From Lama glama (lineage: Eukaryota), in assembly GCA_028534125.1 (NCBI GenBank), contig CM052818.1, forward strand, positions 21,640,001 to 21,704,000: DNA of 64,000 bases, read 5' to 3'. Below are positions 25,092 through 38,265 of the stretch, one piece after another. The notes beneath the pieces are model-generated. The model had not been told where the DNA came from. It did not search any database and worked only from the letters and a program-made list of their open reading frames with translations. The position numbers were made by a program, and so were the translations under genes. How positions within the stretch are numbered: position 1 is the stretch's first letter; every line of letters begins with the position of its first letter.

Positions 25092-26460
25092 ATATTCACA
25101 TGCAAAAGAGTAAAACTAGACCCCTATCCTACACAAGAATTACTCAAAGTAGATTAAAGATTTAAACGTAAGACCTGAAACCATACGACTCCTAAAAGAA
25201 AACACAGGGAAATAATTTCCTGACATGAGTCTTGGCAATGATTTTTTTGGATATAATATCTAAAGCACAAGCAACAAAATAAAAAACAAATGGGACTACA
25301 TCAAACTAAAAAGTTTCTACGCAGCAGAAGAAATGATCAACAAAGTAAAAAGACAACCTATAGAGCAGGAGAAAATCTGCAAACAACATATCTGATAAGG
25401 GATTAATAGTCAAATAAGGAGCTCATACAACTCAATAGCAAAAATATAAATAATCCAATTTAAAATGGGCAAAAGACCTAAATAGACATTTTTCCAAAGA
25501 AGATATTCAAATGGACAACAGTTAAATAAAAAGGTGCTCTATATCACTTATCATTAGGGAAATGCAAATCAAAACCAAATATCACCTCACATCTGTTAGG
25601 ATGAGTGTCATCAAAAAGATAAGAGATAACAACAACAACAAAAGATAAGAAATAGCAAGTACAGGTGGGAATGTGGAGAAAGGGGAACCCTGGGTGCACT
25701 GTTGATGGGAATGTAAACTGGTACAGCTATGGAAAACAGTATGGAGGCTCTTCAAAAAATTAAAAATAGAACCACAATATGATCCAGCATTTTACTTCTG
25801 GGACTATATCTGAAGGAAAAGAAATCACCATCCTGAAGTGGTATCTGTACAACCATGTTCACTGCAGCATTATTTACAATATCCAAGATGTGGAAACAAT
25901 CTAAGTGTCCACTGATGAAGAAATGGATAAAGAAAATGTGGTTTATAAATACAATGGAAAACTATTCAGCCATAAAAAATAAGGAAATACTGCCCTTTGC
26001 AGGAACATGGACAGACCTTGAAGGTATTATGCTAAGTGAAATAAGTTGAGAAAGACAAGTATTGGATGATTTCACTTATATGTGAAATCTAAAAAAAACA
26101 AAAAACAAACAAACACAGAAACAGAGATCAGATTTGTGGCTGCCAGAGGTAGGGGTTAAGAGATGGAGAAATTGGGTAAAGGTGGCCAAAAGGCACTAAC
26201 TTCTAGTTATAAGTTCTGGAGATGTAATGTGCATAATGACTATAGCTAACAATACTGTTTTGTGTATTAGAAAGTTGCTAAGAGAGTAAATCTTAAAAGT
26301 TTTCATCACAAGGTAAAAAAAATTTTTAACCATGTTAGGTGGTGCATGTTAACTAAACATACTGTGGTAATCATTTCACTATATATATATATATATATAT
26401 CAAATTATTATAAACTCATACAATGTTAAATGTCAATTATATATCAATAATACTGGAAAA
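25092..26460 (+). mobile_element. L1 ORF2 3' part plus 3' UTR (L1MA9-like)
   Basis: Continuous L1 sequence (tgggactacatcaaactaaaaag...; [19 protein letters not shown]...) ending gtcaattatatatcaataatactggaaaa. Confidence 0.92.
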
Positions 26461-28356
26461 GAACACATGAAGTAAAGAAGTTGATTAAGAATAAAAAAAA
26501 TCAATAAAATTTCTTACATTACTAAATTTTTTTTAATTTTTAAAAAAGGAAAAAGTCTTTTCTTACTTCAAAACTTTCAAGAAAACTGTTAAAAAGAACT
26601 ACATGAATAGGAGAATAATGTAAGTGGTTCCGAGGAAACAGTTACATATCTTAATGGTTTTTGTTCTACTTCATGATTTATTTGATATTCAGTATTGTTC
26701 TGATATCAAATCTTCTCCCACCAACACAATACTAAGAATCACTTTCAGGAATTTAATTTAATTTAACCATTACTACCCAACAAATGTTCAAAGGAAATAC
26801 ATATGCAGATATAGGCAGCAGCCAATAATAAAGTCTCTTTATGAATAAAGATTTAGTACTTTCTTTGTGATCCTCTTGACCACTGTGATGGATAATAATA
26901 AAAAATTCTAGACATGATCAATAAAGATGAAGTAACAGTTAATCCCTTAGACAAATTAAAAAAAAAAAAACTCTACCTAAGGGGAAAAAACAGATAAGCT
27001 TCTCCAGCAGAATGCAGGCACATAAATAGATGATACTCTGTCTTGAATAATAGGTCAGCACACTCCATCAAATTAATATTTTTAAAAATGTAATTAAATG
27101 CTTTTAGCCCCATATTCACCATACTACTTTCAAGGGCCTAATAATGCTTTTAGCCCCATATTACTTTCAATAATAACAACCCAAGTAATATCTCAGATGC
27201 ACCTCAGCGTACCCAGGTTTTGTATATTCTTTCTCTTTACATATGTATTCCTTCTCTCACAAATGGGGAAAAAGCACTGTTTGGGTCCTTAATAACCGTT
27301 GTTGCTTTCATAAAACAGACAAGAAAAGAAAAACTCATGAAAGAAACAACAAAGATGAATTCTAAATAGTCTGAGACTTGACTGTGTAACTTATACAGAA
27401 ATATGCAAATTATACACAGATGACTATGTCACCTTATTTCATACACCTGCATGTGATCCTTGGAAATGTTTAAAAGCCAGAGATTTAAGCTATATCCTAT
27501 CATTACTAAACTCTTGTTAGATTTTTATAATTAATAAATCTTCATATATAGCTACTTAAAATAATTGTATAATTTTCTCTCCTGAGTATTCATCTAAGCT
27601 TGGATGATCAGTGATGTTGTATGAGTATTTCTCAGATAGCATAAAAACTCTAAATACTAAAAAGAAGGAATGTTGGCACTACATCATCTATTGTGTCTGG
27701 TAACTATGATACTCTTTGCACTTTAAAAAGTGATTACTTCCAACCATGGAAGAAAAAACATTCTTAGGCTCATTTCCTGAACCTCATAAAATGTATACAA
27801 CCGCTTACAGATTTATAAGAAAATGAAAATAGAAACGGAAACTGGTAAACCTCTTCATTCACAAAAGTACTGGGACTTTTCAGCATTAGGTAAAACACAG
27901 AAAAATAAATTCTGATTAAATTGTCACAGACTAGCAAGGCTGATCAAAGGAATGATTTGTTCATTTTGAATAGATCCTTGCTAAAAAAGATTCCACAGTA
28001 GACAAAGGGGTTTTTTAATCACTTGCTACCTGTTTTGAAATACCTACGTTGGCTTGGTTTGATTTTGTGATACAGATTATTTTACATATCTACACATTCT
28101 TTCTTTTATGGCACCTTATATGTTAATTTCACAGTTCTCATAAAACAGTTATATCTTCCAAGCCATAAGAAAAGCAACTAGCTGTGTGTTCCTTTTATTA
28201 TGCTGTACACATACAGATATCTAACAGCCTGACTCTTGTCTCCTCCTCTCCCCTTAAGGATCCCATCACTTATTACCACTATTGTACAACACTGTCTTGC
28301 TGGGGGAGGCCACCAATATAACCCTTTGGTCCAAGTTTGGACAATGAATTCCAAAC

Positions 28357-28657
28357 AGAGCATTAAGGTTGTTTGATGCTTTAGGCACTAGAGACACACT
28401 GCTCAGGGCCTATGTGCTTTCCAAAGACTTATGAGAATATTTGAAATCTAAAAAAAATATTGTGCCAACATACAAAACAGAAACTATAGGATCAAAATTA
28501 ACAAAGTTCAAATAAATGTCTACACAATATAAGTAGCAAACTTCAATTTAGCCCATGTGATTATACTTAAGTTGTATTAATATGTGCACTTTAATGAGTT
28601 TGACATAGAGTTTGCCTCCGAATTCCTAAAGCCTACAAATGTCCTAAAACAGTCCCA
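28357..28657. mobile_element. Possible hAT-Tip100-like DNA transposon remnant
   Basis: Termini resemble CAGGGCCGGATTAAG...cctagggcctac...ccctg type ends (cagagcattaagg; cctaaagcctacaaatgtcctaaaacagtccc). Confidence 0.35.
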
Positions 28658-28779
28658 CAGTACACAGCTGAGACAAGCTAGACTGTTTAAATGAGATCTA
28701 CAAAAAGCTAGGAGTTGACACAGAGGAATTTAGATATGACATAACAGAGCTTATTTGTCCTCAACTTACTGCTCTCCAT

Positions 28780-29208
28780 AGTGGACATCTTCACGTCTTT
28801 GGATACTCTCTGTACCTTCCAAACATCCTTTTAATGTCTGGAAATTTTTCCACATTGTAAATGCCTCCTTTCTAGAGTAAAAGCCAGAACTCAATTTCCC
28901 ATCTTACCCTGCTAATAACAGAGCAGGCTCAGCCAATCACACACCCCTGCACATGACTTTAGTTTACTAGTGAGCAAAGACGCAGTGTCCCATGGGATTC
29001 AACACAGTCTATGGATGCCAAGTGGTGGCATCAATGCTGCCTTCACTGAAGCAGTTTCCTAATGTGATCTGGGCATTATATGTGATATATTGCCCTTCTG
29101 CCTCTCCTAAGATTCCATAAGTTACCTTGATACTTTAATAAATTCCTTTTTAGTTAAACCAAGTAGCATGGGCTCTGCTGCTTGCTACTAAGAACCTGAT
29201 TCAGATAG
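28780..29208 (+). mobile_element. LTR33-like ERVL solo LTR
   Basis: aagccagaactcaatttcccatc...gctcagccaatcacacacccctgc...aataaattcctttttagttaaaccaagtagcatgggctctgctgcttgctactaagaacctga. Confidence 0.8.
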
Positions 29209-29289
29209 AAGGACTCATTTTCCTAACTCCTGGTCAGCCTCCATGCAGCAAACACACATTAGCAGCAATCTTTCAGTACATGGCTAGGT

Positions 29290-29665
29290 ATCTGTGCAAG
29301 ATATGGTGAAACAGAAACATTCAGCATACATTCCAAATTCCTCTAGACTGACTTTTTGTATTATAGAAGCAGGAAAACTACTTTCCCAGATTCCACTATA
29401 GCTAAGTTTCTGGATGGACAACAGGTTGCACTACTTAGATTTACTTACATGAGATTTGAAATGTGGACATAAGATAATGCTTTGGCTAGCTGTTGCAAGT
29501 GGAAAGCACAGTGACGGGTATGTTGAGTTCTTTTGCAAAAACACTCGTGTCCAGCCATGAACTTTATGGATGAAAGAGGAAGGTACATAGGCAGCTTTCC
29601 GATCTCTAAATCTCAGGTATACATTCTTGAACTCAACAGTTCCAGTGGCAATTTCCTGATTCCCC
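29290..29665 (+). mobile_element. Second ERVL-type LTR fragment (LTR33-related)
   Basis: gaagcaggaaaactactttcccagattcc...gctaag...atgagatttgaa...cagttccagtggcaatttcctgattcccc. Confidence 0.55.
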
Positions 29666-29667
29666 AT

Positions 29668-29910
29668 CTTGAAGACGGAGGAAGAGGGCTATGAGCCAAG
29701 GAATGAGGAAAGACTCTAGAAGTTGATAATGGCAAGGAAACGGATTTGCCTCTAAGCCTCCAGAAAGGAGGCATAATCTTGAATTTAGCCCAGTGTGATT
29801 TGTATCAGACTTCTGTCCTATAGATAATAGTAAAATAATAATAAATTTATGTTGTTTTAAGATACCAAGTTTGTGACAATTTGTTAGAATAGCAATAAAA
29901 AATTAATATA
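29668..29910 (+). mobile_element. MLT1D-like MaLR LTR 3' half
   Basis: ttgaagacggaggaagagggctatgagccaaggaatg...ctctagaag...ggcaaggaaacggatt...gcctccagaaagga...tgttgttttaag...aagtttgtg. Confidence 0.88.
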
Positions 29911-29914
29911 AGTG

Positions 29915-30310
29915 TATCTCTTGAAGTACTGTTTAAAATAGAAAGTCAAGGAAAATCTGTCTGTCAATAGGGAGTCTAATAAACTAAGGAACAGTTTACA
30001 GTGCAAACTCTGCAGCCATTAAAAAGATAAGCTAGAAGTTTGCTGGTTTAATATGGTGAGATGTTTAATATTTACCGCTAAGTTAGAAAAAGAGTACAGA
30101 ATAATACATACACAGCATGGTTCAACATATGTTTTTAAAATTATGTTTATATATGCATTAAAAAGTCTAGAAGGAAATCCACTAAACATAAACAAATGCT
30201 ATCTCTACGGGATAGAATTTCAAGAGGACTTTCACATTTTTACACTGTTGGGTTTTTTTTCAGTGAGAATGTATTATATGGAGAAGCAATAAATATATTT
30301 CCATTTTTAA
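29915..30310 (+). mobile_element. Old L1ME 3' fragment
   Basis: tgtctgtcaataggga...tctgcagccattaaaaaga...aagtctagaaggaaa...cagtgagaatgtatta. Confidence 0.55.
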
Positions 30311-31649
30311 ACAGGTAACTAAATACAATCAATTTTATCTATGTATTAATATTTCTAAAATCTTCATGGAATTGAAATATAAGTCATGGAATATACTATT
30401 TCAAAATCTTACCCTGATGTGGTAATATCTCCACTCTGATAGAAATGATTCAATATCCTCTGAATACATTGTGCCATTCAAACTATGTTACTTAAATGCA
30501 GTTTTTGTTCAGATGATTTCTTACTAAAGGGAAAAAAAATGCAGTACTAACGTACTCATAGTAAGTTGATAGAGAGCTAAAGTAATAAATTAGTTAAAAC
30601 TAAATCTAAATAGTTTAAAATTAAGTTAAATAGTCAGTCAGTTAAAATTTAATCAGTTAAAATTGCACGTCTGTAAACAGTTGTTTTACATTTCGGATTA
30701 CATGCTAAATTCAAAATAGGTCCAGACGATGTTATACTTGGTCAGATGCTTTAGCCAATGGGCTCCTAAGGCCAGTTCTAAAACATGAAAGTTTAAATAC
30801 CAAAGGGGCAATCCTCAAATCTTTATGTTCACTTATATTTTAGAAATAGATCTCAAAGGTAATTTGCAATGAGTCTAAAGTACTTAAAGCAGTTACGTGA
30901 AACCATGTTCCTATTTATATTGACATACTCACCTAAGTGTAAAGATCAGTTAAACTTGACTATTTTAGGGTTAAAAATGAATGATGAGGGAAAGGAAGGA
31001 AGAGCTAATAGTTAACATTATCGGACACTATACTAAAAATTTTCAGAAATAATCTATTTATGTCATTGTACTTTGATATATAATCATTGGATTTTTCATT
31101 AACATTACATTCAAATATGTGCACACAGTTTACTAATATTGAAGATAGTATGTTCATGGAAGTAACTTGTTAGGCCTTACATCATGTTATTTTATAATTA
31201 TTTTATATATTTATAACTTAAATTACTTTTATTTTTTTGAGGGGGGATCCAGCCAACATTTTATATAGTAATATCATAGAAAAGAAGACATACTATCAAG
31301 AACTTTTATTACATAAGCTAAAAGCAGTAATTTACCTAAATGTAATAATTCTAGCTGCCGTCTCAGGTTTAACAATTACAAAAGCCCCAAAAGTAACCAA
31401 TAGCCTCATTTTAAATGTTACCTGGTATTACATTGAACACACACAAATTTAAAAAACACTGTATCTATTGAAAAGCATAGATCATAAAACAGTAGTAAAT
31501 TTACCCTTTTAAAAATTATCCACATCTTTCAAGATAACTACAGAACAAAAATTGGCAAAATTTGCTTGATTTGGCCAAGTTATTTGGATCTCAAATGTAG
31601 AGCACTTTTTAAAATAATTTACCTCACTTGTATTTAAAATATATTCCTG

Positions 31650-33440
31650 ATTACAATAAGCCAATTTCTAACAACAAGCATCTGGAAATCAAAATGTAAA
31701 AAAAAAGATTTAAAATACAATTTTGAAAAATGCAATATTTAGGAATACATTTAAAAAAGTATTGCAAAGTCTGCAAAATTAAACTACAAAACTTTGCTGA
31801 GAGAAATTAAGGAATACTTACATAAAGAGAAAGCCATACCATATTCATGGATTGCATGACTTAATATTGTCAAGATGTCAACTCTTCCCAAATTCATCTA
31901 CAGATTCAGTGCTATCTCAATCAATATTCCAGTAGACTTAATCGAAATTGATAAGTTAGTTTTAACAGTTATATGGAAATGCAAGAACCCAGAAGAGCCA
32001 AAACAATTTTGAAAAACAAAAACAAAGTTGGAAGACTAACCCCATTTCCCTTTTACACCAGGAAGCCACAACAATCACAACAATGTGATACTGGTATAAA
32101 AGACAGATCAATGAAACAATAGGAAGTCTAGAAATAGCTCTATACATATATAGTCAATTGAAATTGATTTTCAAAAACAATGCAACAGTAAATTAATGGA
32201 AAATGATAGCCTTTTCAGTAAATGGTGCTGGAACACTGAATATCCATGTGCAACAACAACAACAAAAAGGAACTTTGACCTCTACTTCATGTCATATTTA
32301 ATTCAAAATGGACGATAAACCAAGCTATAAAAGCCAAAACTATAAAACTTCTAGAAGAAAATACAGGAGAAATTTCTCATGACCTTCGTACAGGCAAAGA
32401 TTTCTCAGATAGGACACAAAAAGTAGGAACCAGAGAAAATAAGTTAATAAGCTGGATTTTATCAAAGTTAAAAACCTTTGCTCTTTGAAAAACACCATTA
32501 AGAAAATGCAAAGGCTAACCATCAAGTACCCGACAGTGAACTTGTATTCTGAATATATAATGAACTCCTACAACTCATTAAGAAGACCAACAAACTGATT
32601 TTAAAATGGGCAAAAGATTTGACATACACTTCACAAAAGAAAATATACAAATGGCCAATAAGCATATGAAAAGATGCTCAACATCATAGTCATCAGGTAC
32701 ATGCATAAAATCACAATGAGATAACACTACATACCCAGTAGAATGACTCAAAAGATTGATGATGCTAAGTGCTGGCAAGGATATGAAGCAACTGGAATTC
32801 TCACACATTGCTGGAGGTAGTGTAAAAGTATAAGTACTACTGTGGAAAATAGTTTAGTAACATCTTCCAAAGTTAAACATCCTCTTATATAACTCAGCAA
32901 TTCCAATCCTAGGTATCCCAGAGAGATGAAAACATATGCCCACACACACACACACACACAAAATCTATACATGAATGTTCACAGCAGTGTTATTCAAAAT
33001 AGCAAAAAAAAAAAAAAGGAAACAATGCAAATATCCATCAACAGATGAATGGATAAACAAATTGTAGGTATATTCATACAATACTACACAGCAATAAAAA
33101 AGAATTAATAGATATACACAGAAACATGGATGTATCTCAAAAACATGCTAAGTGGAAGAAGCTAGAGGAAAAAAATAGAGTACATATAAGATGCATTTAT
33201 ATGAAACACCAAAAGAATCTAATCTGATCTATAGTGACAGAAAATAGATAAACAGCTACCCAGAAGGAGAACTGGGGATTGACTAGAAAAAGGCACAAGG
33301 AAACTTTCTGGGCTCATGGAAATATTCTCTATCTGGATTGTGATAGTAGTTACATGAGCATATAAAATTTTCAAAACATCAAAATGGGTACATTTTATTT
33401 GCATAAATTATATCTCAATTAAGTTGCTCTTTAAAAAAAT
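31650..33440 (+). mobile_element. L1 ORF2 3' half plus 3' UTR (L1MB/L1ME-like)
   Basis: ccatattcatggattg...ttaatattgtcaagatgtc...aacaaagttggaagact...aaatggtgctggaac...atggccaataagcatatgaaaagatgctcaac...ttatatctcaattaagttg. Confidence 0.9.
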
Positions 33441-34792
33441 TAAATGACAAAAGAGGAAACTAAGTCATATATTACTTGAAAATTTTTCAATGATCTACCA
33501 TTTAATTGTTCTGTTAAGATACTAAATTGCCTCTTTCTCTAAACACTGGTCTACTAAAAAGATATCCATTAACATTTAATTGTATAGGCATGCACCTATT
33601 ACTTTTTCCTTTAAATAATAAATGCTCTAAATTCAACTACAATTCATAAATTGATATTATTTGGCAAAGCACTCAGTTAACTGAAACAATTATTCAATAT
33701 CTTACAAGGATTTTGAATAACATTAGTTCACATTTAGATTTGAAATGAGAAGAATCAAACCTACAACCATTTACTAAACTATTATGTGCAGCTTAGCCAA
33801 CATTAGTAGCAATTTATCTTTAAAAACAATATTTGAATTTAAAACATAACACAGTATTATGAAATCACAGCATGATTCAGTGTGTAGGGGTTAGAAATGA
33901 AGTACTGAATATACGTATAAGGGGATGCAAAATACTTTGAAAAGGAATACTATGATTTCTAGCACACTTCCCACCCAGGGATTTTAATTTCCATTCTATG
34001 GCAGCCACTTGAAGAAATGTGGAATCATTGTTTTCACAAAATTGAAGACTTTAAACGTATAATTCCTTCTCTAAACTGCGATTTCATTATAGATTTCACA
34101 CACGTGCACACATGCACACACACACACACAATTTGCTCTCTCTGTTTACATTAGAAATTCACACAATGTCACACAAGTAATGCCAAATAACCAATTAAAA
34201 ATCCGAAGAAAAAAGTCTCAAAGAAAGTATAACCGTTAACTTATCCAAGTGATTCTTTAATTTGTATCACCATCACCATAGTCTGTAGACAATGGAAATA
34301 ACTAATTAATACAGGATTGCCAAGACTGACTCGTAACTATACAATGCTATAAAAAATTCATGTCTACACTGGCTAAATCACAATGGTGGCTACACGGATG
34401 GTTCTCATACTCTCTTTACTTTTGTGTATTCCTGGAATAGTTCATAACTTATAAATGTTGAAATTAGAAGTAAACAGAGAATAACAAACACAGCTAAATT
34501 CACATGAAAAAAGCTTAAAAATGGAGAATATTACAGAATGGAAAAGAAAAAACAGCAGCAGTTTTTTGTATATAAATTCCCTCTTCTTCAGCATCTCCAT
34601 ACTTCTATTCATATAGAATATAATTTAAATATTCTGATAGTCCCAAAACAATTTGTGGAAAAGTTATGCTCTCCATTATTTTGATTATTCATTCATTCAC
34701 CAAATATTTGCTCCTCCACTGTATGTATAAACTATACAGTAGGTTCTGCAGGGGATATGGAGTAAATAGACAGACTCTTTGTGGGTTATCTC

Positions 34793-34985
34793 TAGCTGTT
34801 TCATTCAATTGGTTGGAACATAATGCTCATGACAATCAGTTCCATCTCCTTGTGGTTACTTTTACATGCTGTCTTTTCTCAACCACATGCCTTTACTCCC
34901 AGAGTCCTGGTAGATTTATGGAGAATTGAGTACAACTCTATACTATTTGCTCAAGAAAACAATTTTAAAAGAATGTTCATGTACA
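34793..34985 (+). mobile_element. Decayed tRNA-Ile-headed SINE (MamSINE1-like)
   Basis: agctgtttcattcaattggttggaacataatgctcatgac...gttccatctccttgtgg resembles GGCCGGTTAGCTCAGTTGGTTAGAGCGTGGTGCTAAT...GTTCGATCCCCGT; tail ...gaaaacaattttaaaag. Confidence 0.45.
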
Positions 34986-35199
34986 GTCTCGAACAACTCA
35001 AAATCTGTGGAACCCTGAAGACAACAATAGCAACTATAAAACGTAAACCCAGCTCATTTATTGACCAGATTGACTGAACACCCTCCCTGCCCCACCCCCC
35101 ACCCCCACTGACCGAACAGAAGAGGAGGCATGTCCACTTCTGGGCATGAATAATATTACCTCCAGTTCCTGCTGTCCTTTCACAATGTTTGGTATTCAA

Positions 35200-35930
35200 T
35201 TATAAAGTACAATAGATACAAAAATTAAGGAACAATAAAACATTATCAAGAGACAAAATAATCAAGATAATAAACACATGGGGAATGTCAACAGCAAGAA
35301 GAAAACATTTTAAAAAAGAGTCAAATGGAAATGCTAGACATGAAAACCATGATATTAGAGATTTAAGAAAAAAAAAACCTTCAATGAGTTTATCAACAGA
35401 CTAGACACAGCAAGAGGAAAGGACAATGAACTTGATTATAGATAGGTAAATAGAGGTTACCCAAACTGAAACACAAAGAAAAAAAATGAGACAAACAGAA
35501 TAGAGCATTCAAGAGCTATGGTATAATATCAGTGTTAACACATGTGTAGTTGGAATCAACGAAGAGATGAGAGGGAAAGACGCAAAAAATACATGTTAAG
35601 AGATAATGGCCAAGAAGTTTCCAAAGTGAATGAGACAAAAATCAACAGAATCCAAGATATAGAACCTCTAGCAGAATAAATATAAAGAAAACACATTTAG
35701 GCACATCATAATCAAATGCCGAAAACCAAAGATGAAAAGAAAATCTTGAAAGCAGCCGGGGTAGGGGAAGGGAGTATTATATACAGAAGAACAAAGATAA
35801 ACATTACAGAAGGCTTTTCATTGAAACCATGCAAGCTGGAAAATAATGCAGCAGTGCCTTTAAAGTACTGAAAGAAAAAAAATGTATCCTAGAATTCTAT
35901 ACTTAGTGAAATGTCTTTTAAAAAGAAGGC
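35200..35930 (+). mobile_element. Old L1 ORF1 region
   Basis: caaatggaaatgctaga...ttcaatgagtttatcaacagactagacacagc...gagcattcaagagctatgggataatatc-like...gaaaatcttgaaagcagcc...tcctagaattctatac. Confidence 0.8.
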
Positions 35931-35934
35931 AAGA

Positions 35935-37798
35935 GATTTCTGCTTCTGGCTGAGATAGAATAATGGGAATTGAATTTACACTCCCTCTTTAAACTACTAA
36001 GAAACCAGATAAAATATGAGGCAATGGTTTTCAGGCATTAGACAACAGGCAGCACAGAAGTGTGATCCCTCAGAGAAAAGAAACAAACTAAGCAATCCTT
36101 ACAGTTGCACCAACCTACTACCCAAAGAAGTTTCTAGGCCATAGCGCTGGGGAAGGGGGATCCAAACAGAGTCCAACAATCTTTCTGAGTTAAAGAAACA
36201 GAGATTTGATTTTCAGGAGGGCAAAGCAGCTAGCATTTGTGGAACAAAAGTAGCAGAGAGAAGGGAGCTGCACAGAAAAAGCTCTAGAAATCTGCAAAGA
36301 GGTCTCATGTTGTTCTTTCTTCAGCTGAGAAGTGATCTGTGTATGCATGAGAGGAAAGTACCCAAAGGAGAAAAAAAACTAGAAAAGTGTCTGTAGAAGA
36401 ACTACCAAAGCTTACACAGGGCTAGAAATAGTTAATCTTCCCACAAACCAGAGAGATCAGACTTTGTACTACATAAGACACTGACTAGAATCATCAGAAG
36501 GGTATCACCTTAGAAATAGGATTAAATTAGCCCTAGAATGAAAGTCTCCTCTGGATCTCACCCTAACAGAGCATAAAGCAAGTCACAAGAGGATTCAACT
36601 GATTCTAATTAACTATATGCTAGAACAAAGTCCAACACAATTTAAGGAAATATAACAATATCTGGCAAACATAAAACTCACAGTATATGACATCTCATTT
36701 TAAAAAATCATCAAGCATGCAAAAAAGCAGAAAAATATGACCCATTACCAGGAGGAAAAAAATCAATCAACAGAAGTTGAACCAGAAATGACAGAGATGA
36801 CAGAACAAACTATCAAGCAAGGAAGTTAAAACAGTTAATGTAAATAACCTCCGTACGCTCAAGAAGATAGAGGAAGACATGAGCACGATGAGAAGGGAGC
36901 TAGAAGACATAGGAGGTTCCCAAATAGAACATCCAGAAATGAAAAATATGGTATCTGAAATGAAAAATGTGCTGAATGGGACTAACTATAGATTAGAAAC
37001 TACAGAATATTAGTGACTGTGGAAGCCCGGCAACAGAATATCCAGAATGAAGCACATACAGAAATGCACAAGGTCATGGGTTCAATCCCCAGAACCTCCA
37101 TGAAAAGAAACAAACAAATTAATACATTTAAAAATAAGTATTGAAAAAAAACTGAAAAAAAAAGGACATCAGTGACAATACCAAGCATTCTGACACACAT
37201 ATAATTAGAGTCCTAAGGAAGGAAGAAGAAAAATATTTGAAGAAATAATGGCAGAAAATTTTCAAATTAGGTGAAAACTATAAACCTACAGATGTAAGAA
37301 GCTCAACAAATCCAAGTACAATAAACTTACAGGAAACCACACGAAAGAAAACAATATTCAAACTGCTGAAAAAGAGTGATAAAGAGAAAAATCTTCAAAG
37401 CAGTTAGGAGAAAAAAATTACAATAGTAGCTATGCTAACATCAGACAAAATAGACTTAAGAACATGGAATTTGGAGTTATAAGCACTCCCACAAAGAAAA
37501 CTCCAGGCCTAGATGACTTCAGTGGTAAATTCCACCAAATTTTTAAGGACAAAATAGTACTAATTCAACACAAACAATTTCCAACTAGGAAACAATTTCC
37601 AACTCATGAGACCAGCATACCTAATGCTAAAAATCAAGTGAAAAAAAAAATACTACACAGAAAGAAAACCACAGGCTAATATCCCTCATGAACATCAATG
37701 TAAAACACCTTAACGACATATTAACAAGTCAAATCCAGAAATACATACAAAGTTAATCAAGATAATCAAGTGAGATTTATTCCAGAAATGCAAGTGAT
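35935..37798 (+). mobile_element. Old L1 (L1ME-type 5' UTR, ORF1 and internally deleted ORF2 pieces)
   Basis: 5' end gatttctgcttctggc...gacaacaggcagcacag; ORF1 (gaagaaataatggcagaaaattttc); ORF2 (caaagaaaactccaggcctagatgacttcagtggtaaattccacc; atatccctcatgaacatcaatg). Confidence 0.85.
37064..37150 (+). mobile_element. 5'-truncated Vic-1-type SINE inside L1 ORF1
   Basis: atgcacaaggtcatgggttcaatccccagaacctcca plus A-rich tail; matches the copy at 44307. Confidence 0.85.
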
Positions 37799-38009
37799 GT
37801 GGCCAAGACTTCTCCACTAAGAAGTGGCAGAACATGGCCTGTAGTCAGATGTTTTAGCTTCAAACCTGCGTTTTTGCCTGCCTCTTTCTGTTGTTTCCAG
37901 TGTACCAGTCTCTGTCCTAGGTACTTTACCCTTAAAGTTAATATCACACAATATTGCATTTAAATTTAAATAATAGTGTCATGTCCGTCATCTTATATTA
38001 TTTCAAGTG

Positions 38010-38265
38010 CCCTTGAAGATTATTCAGTACATCATTCTCACAAGTCTTTGCTGAATCCACCTCCCACTTCCAAAAGGTATCCTCCTTCTCCTAGGCTTTG
38101 ATAACATTCAATGTGTATCTCTTATCTAATTCATTACAATGCACTGTGATCTTGTCCATACTCCTTTTAGAACATAGAGTCCCTTAAGGTCAAGATATTG
38201 CCTTTATCTATCCTTGTGTTGATCACACTGCTGCATATCATAAATGCTATTCTATAAACAATGTA
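38010..38265 (+). mobile_element. L2 3' region
   Basis: aagtctttgctga...ttagaacatagagtcccttaaggtcaagat...tttatctatcct...cataaatgct. Confidence 0.55.

Noticed and set aside
27097..27162. CRISPR-like repeat-spacer-repeat (also 16534-16577)
   Set aside because: Only two copies, mammalian intron, no cas genes; local duplications.
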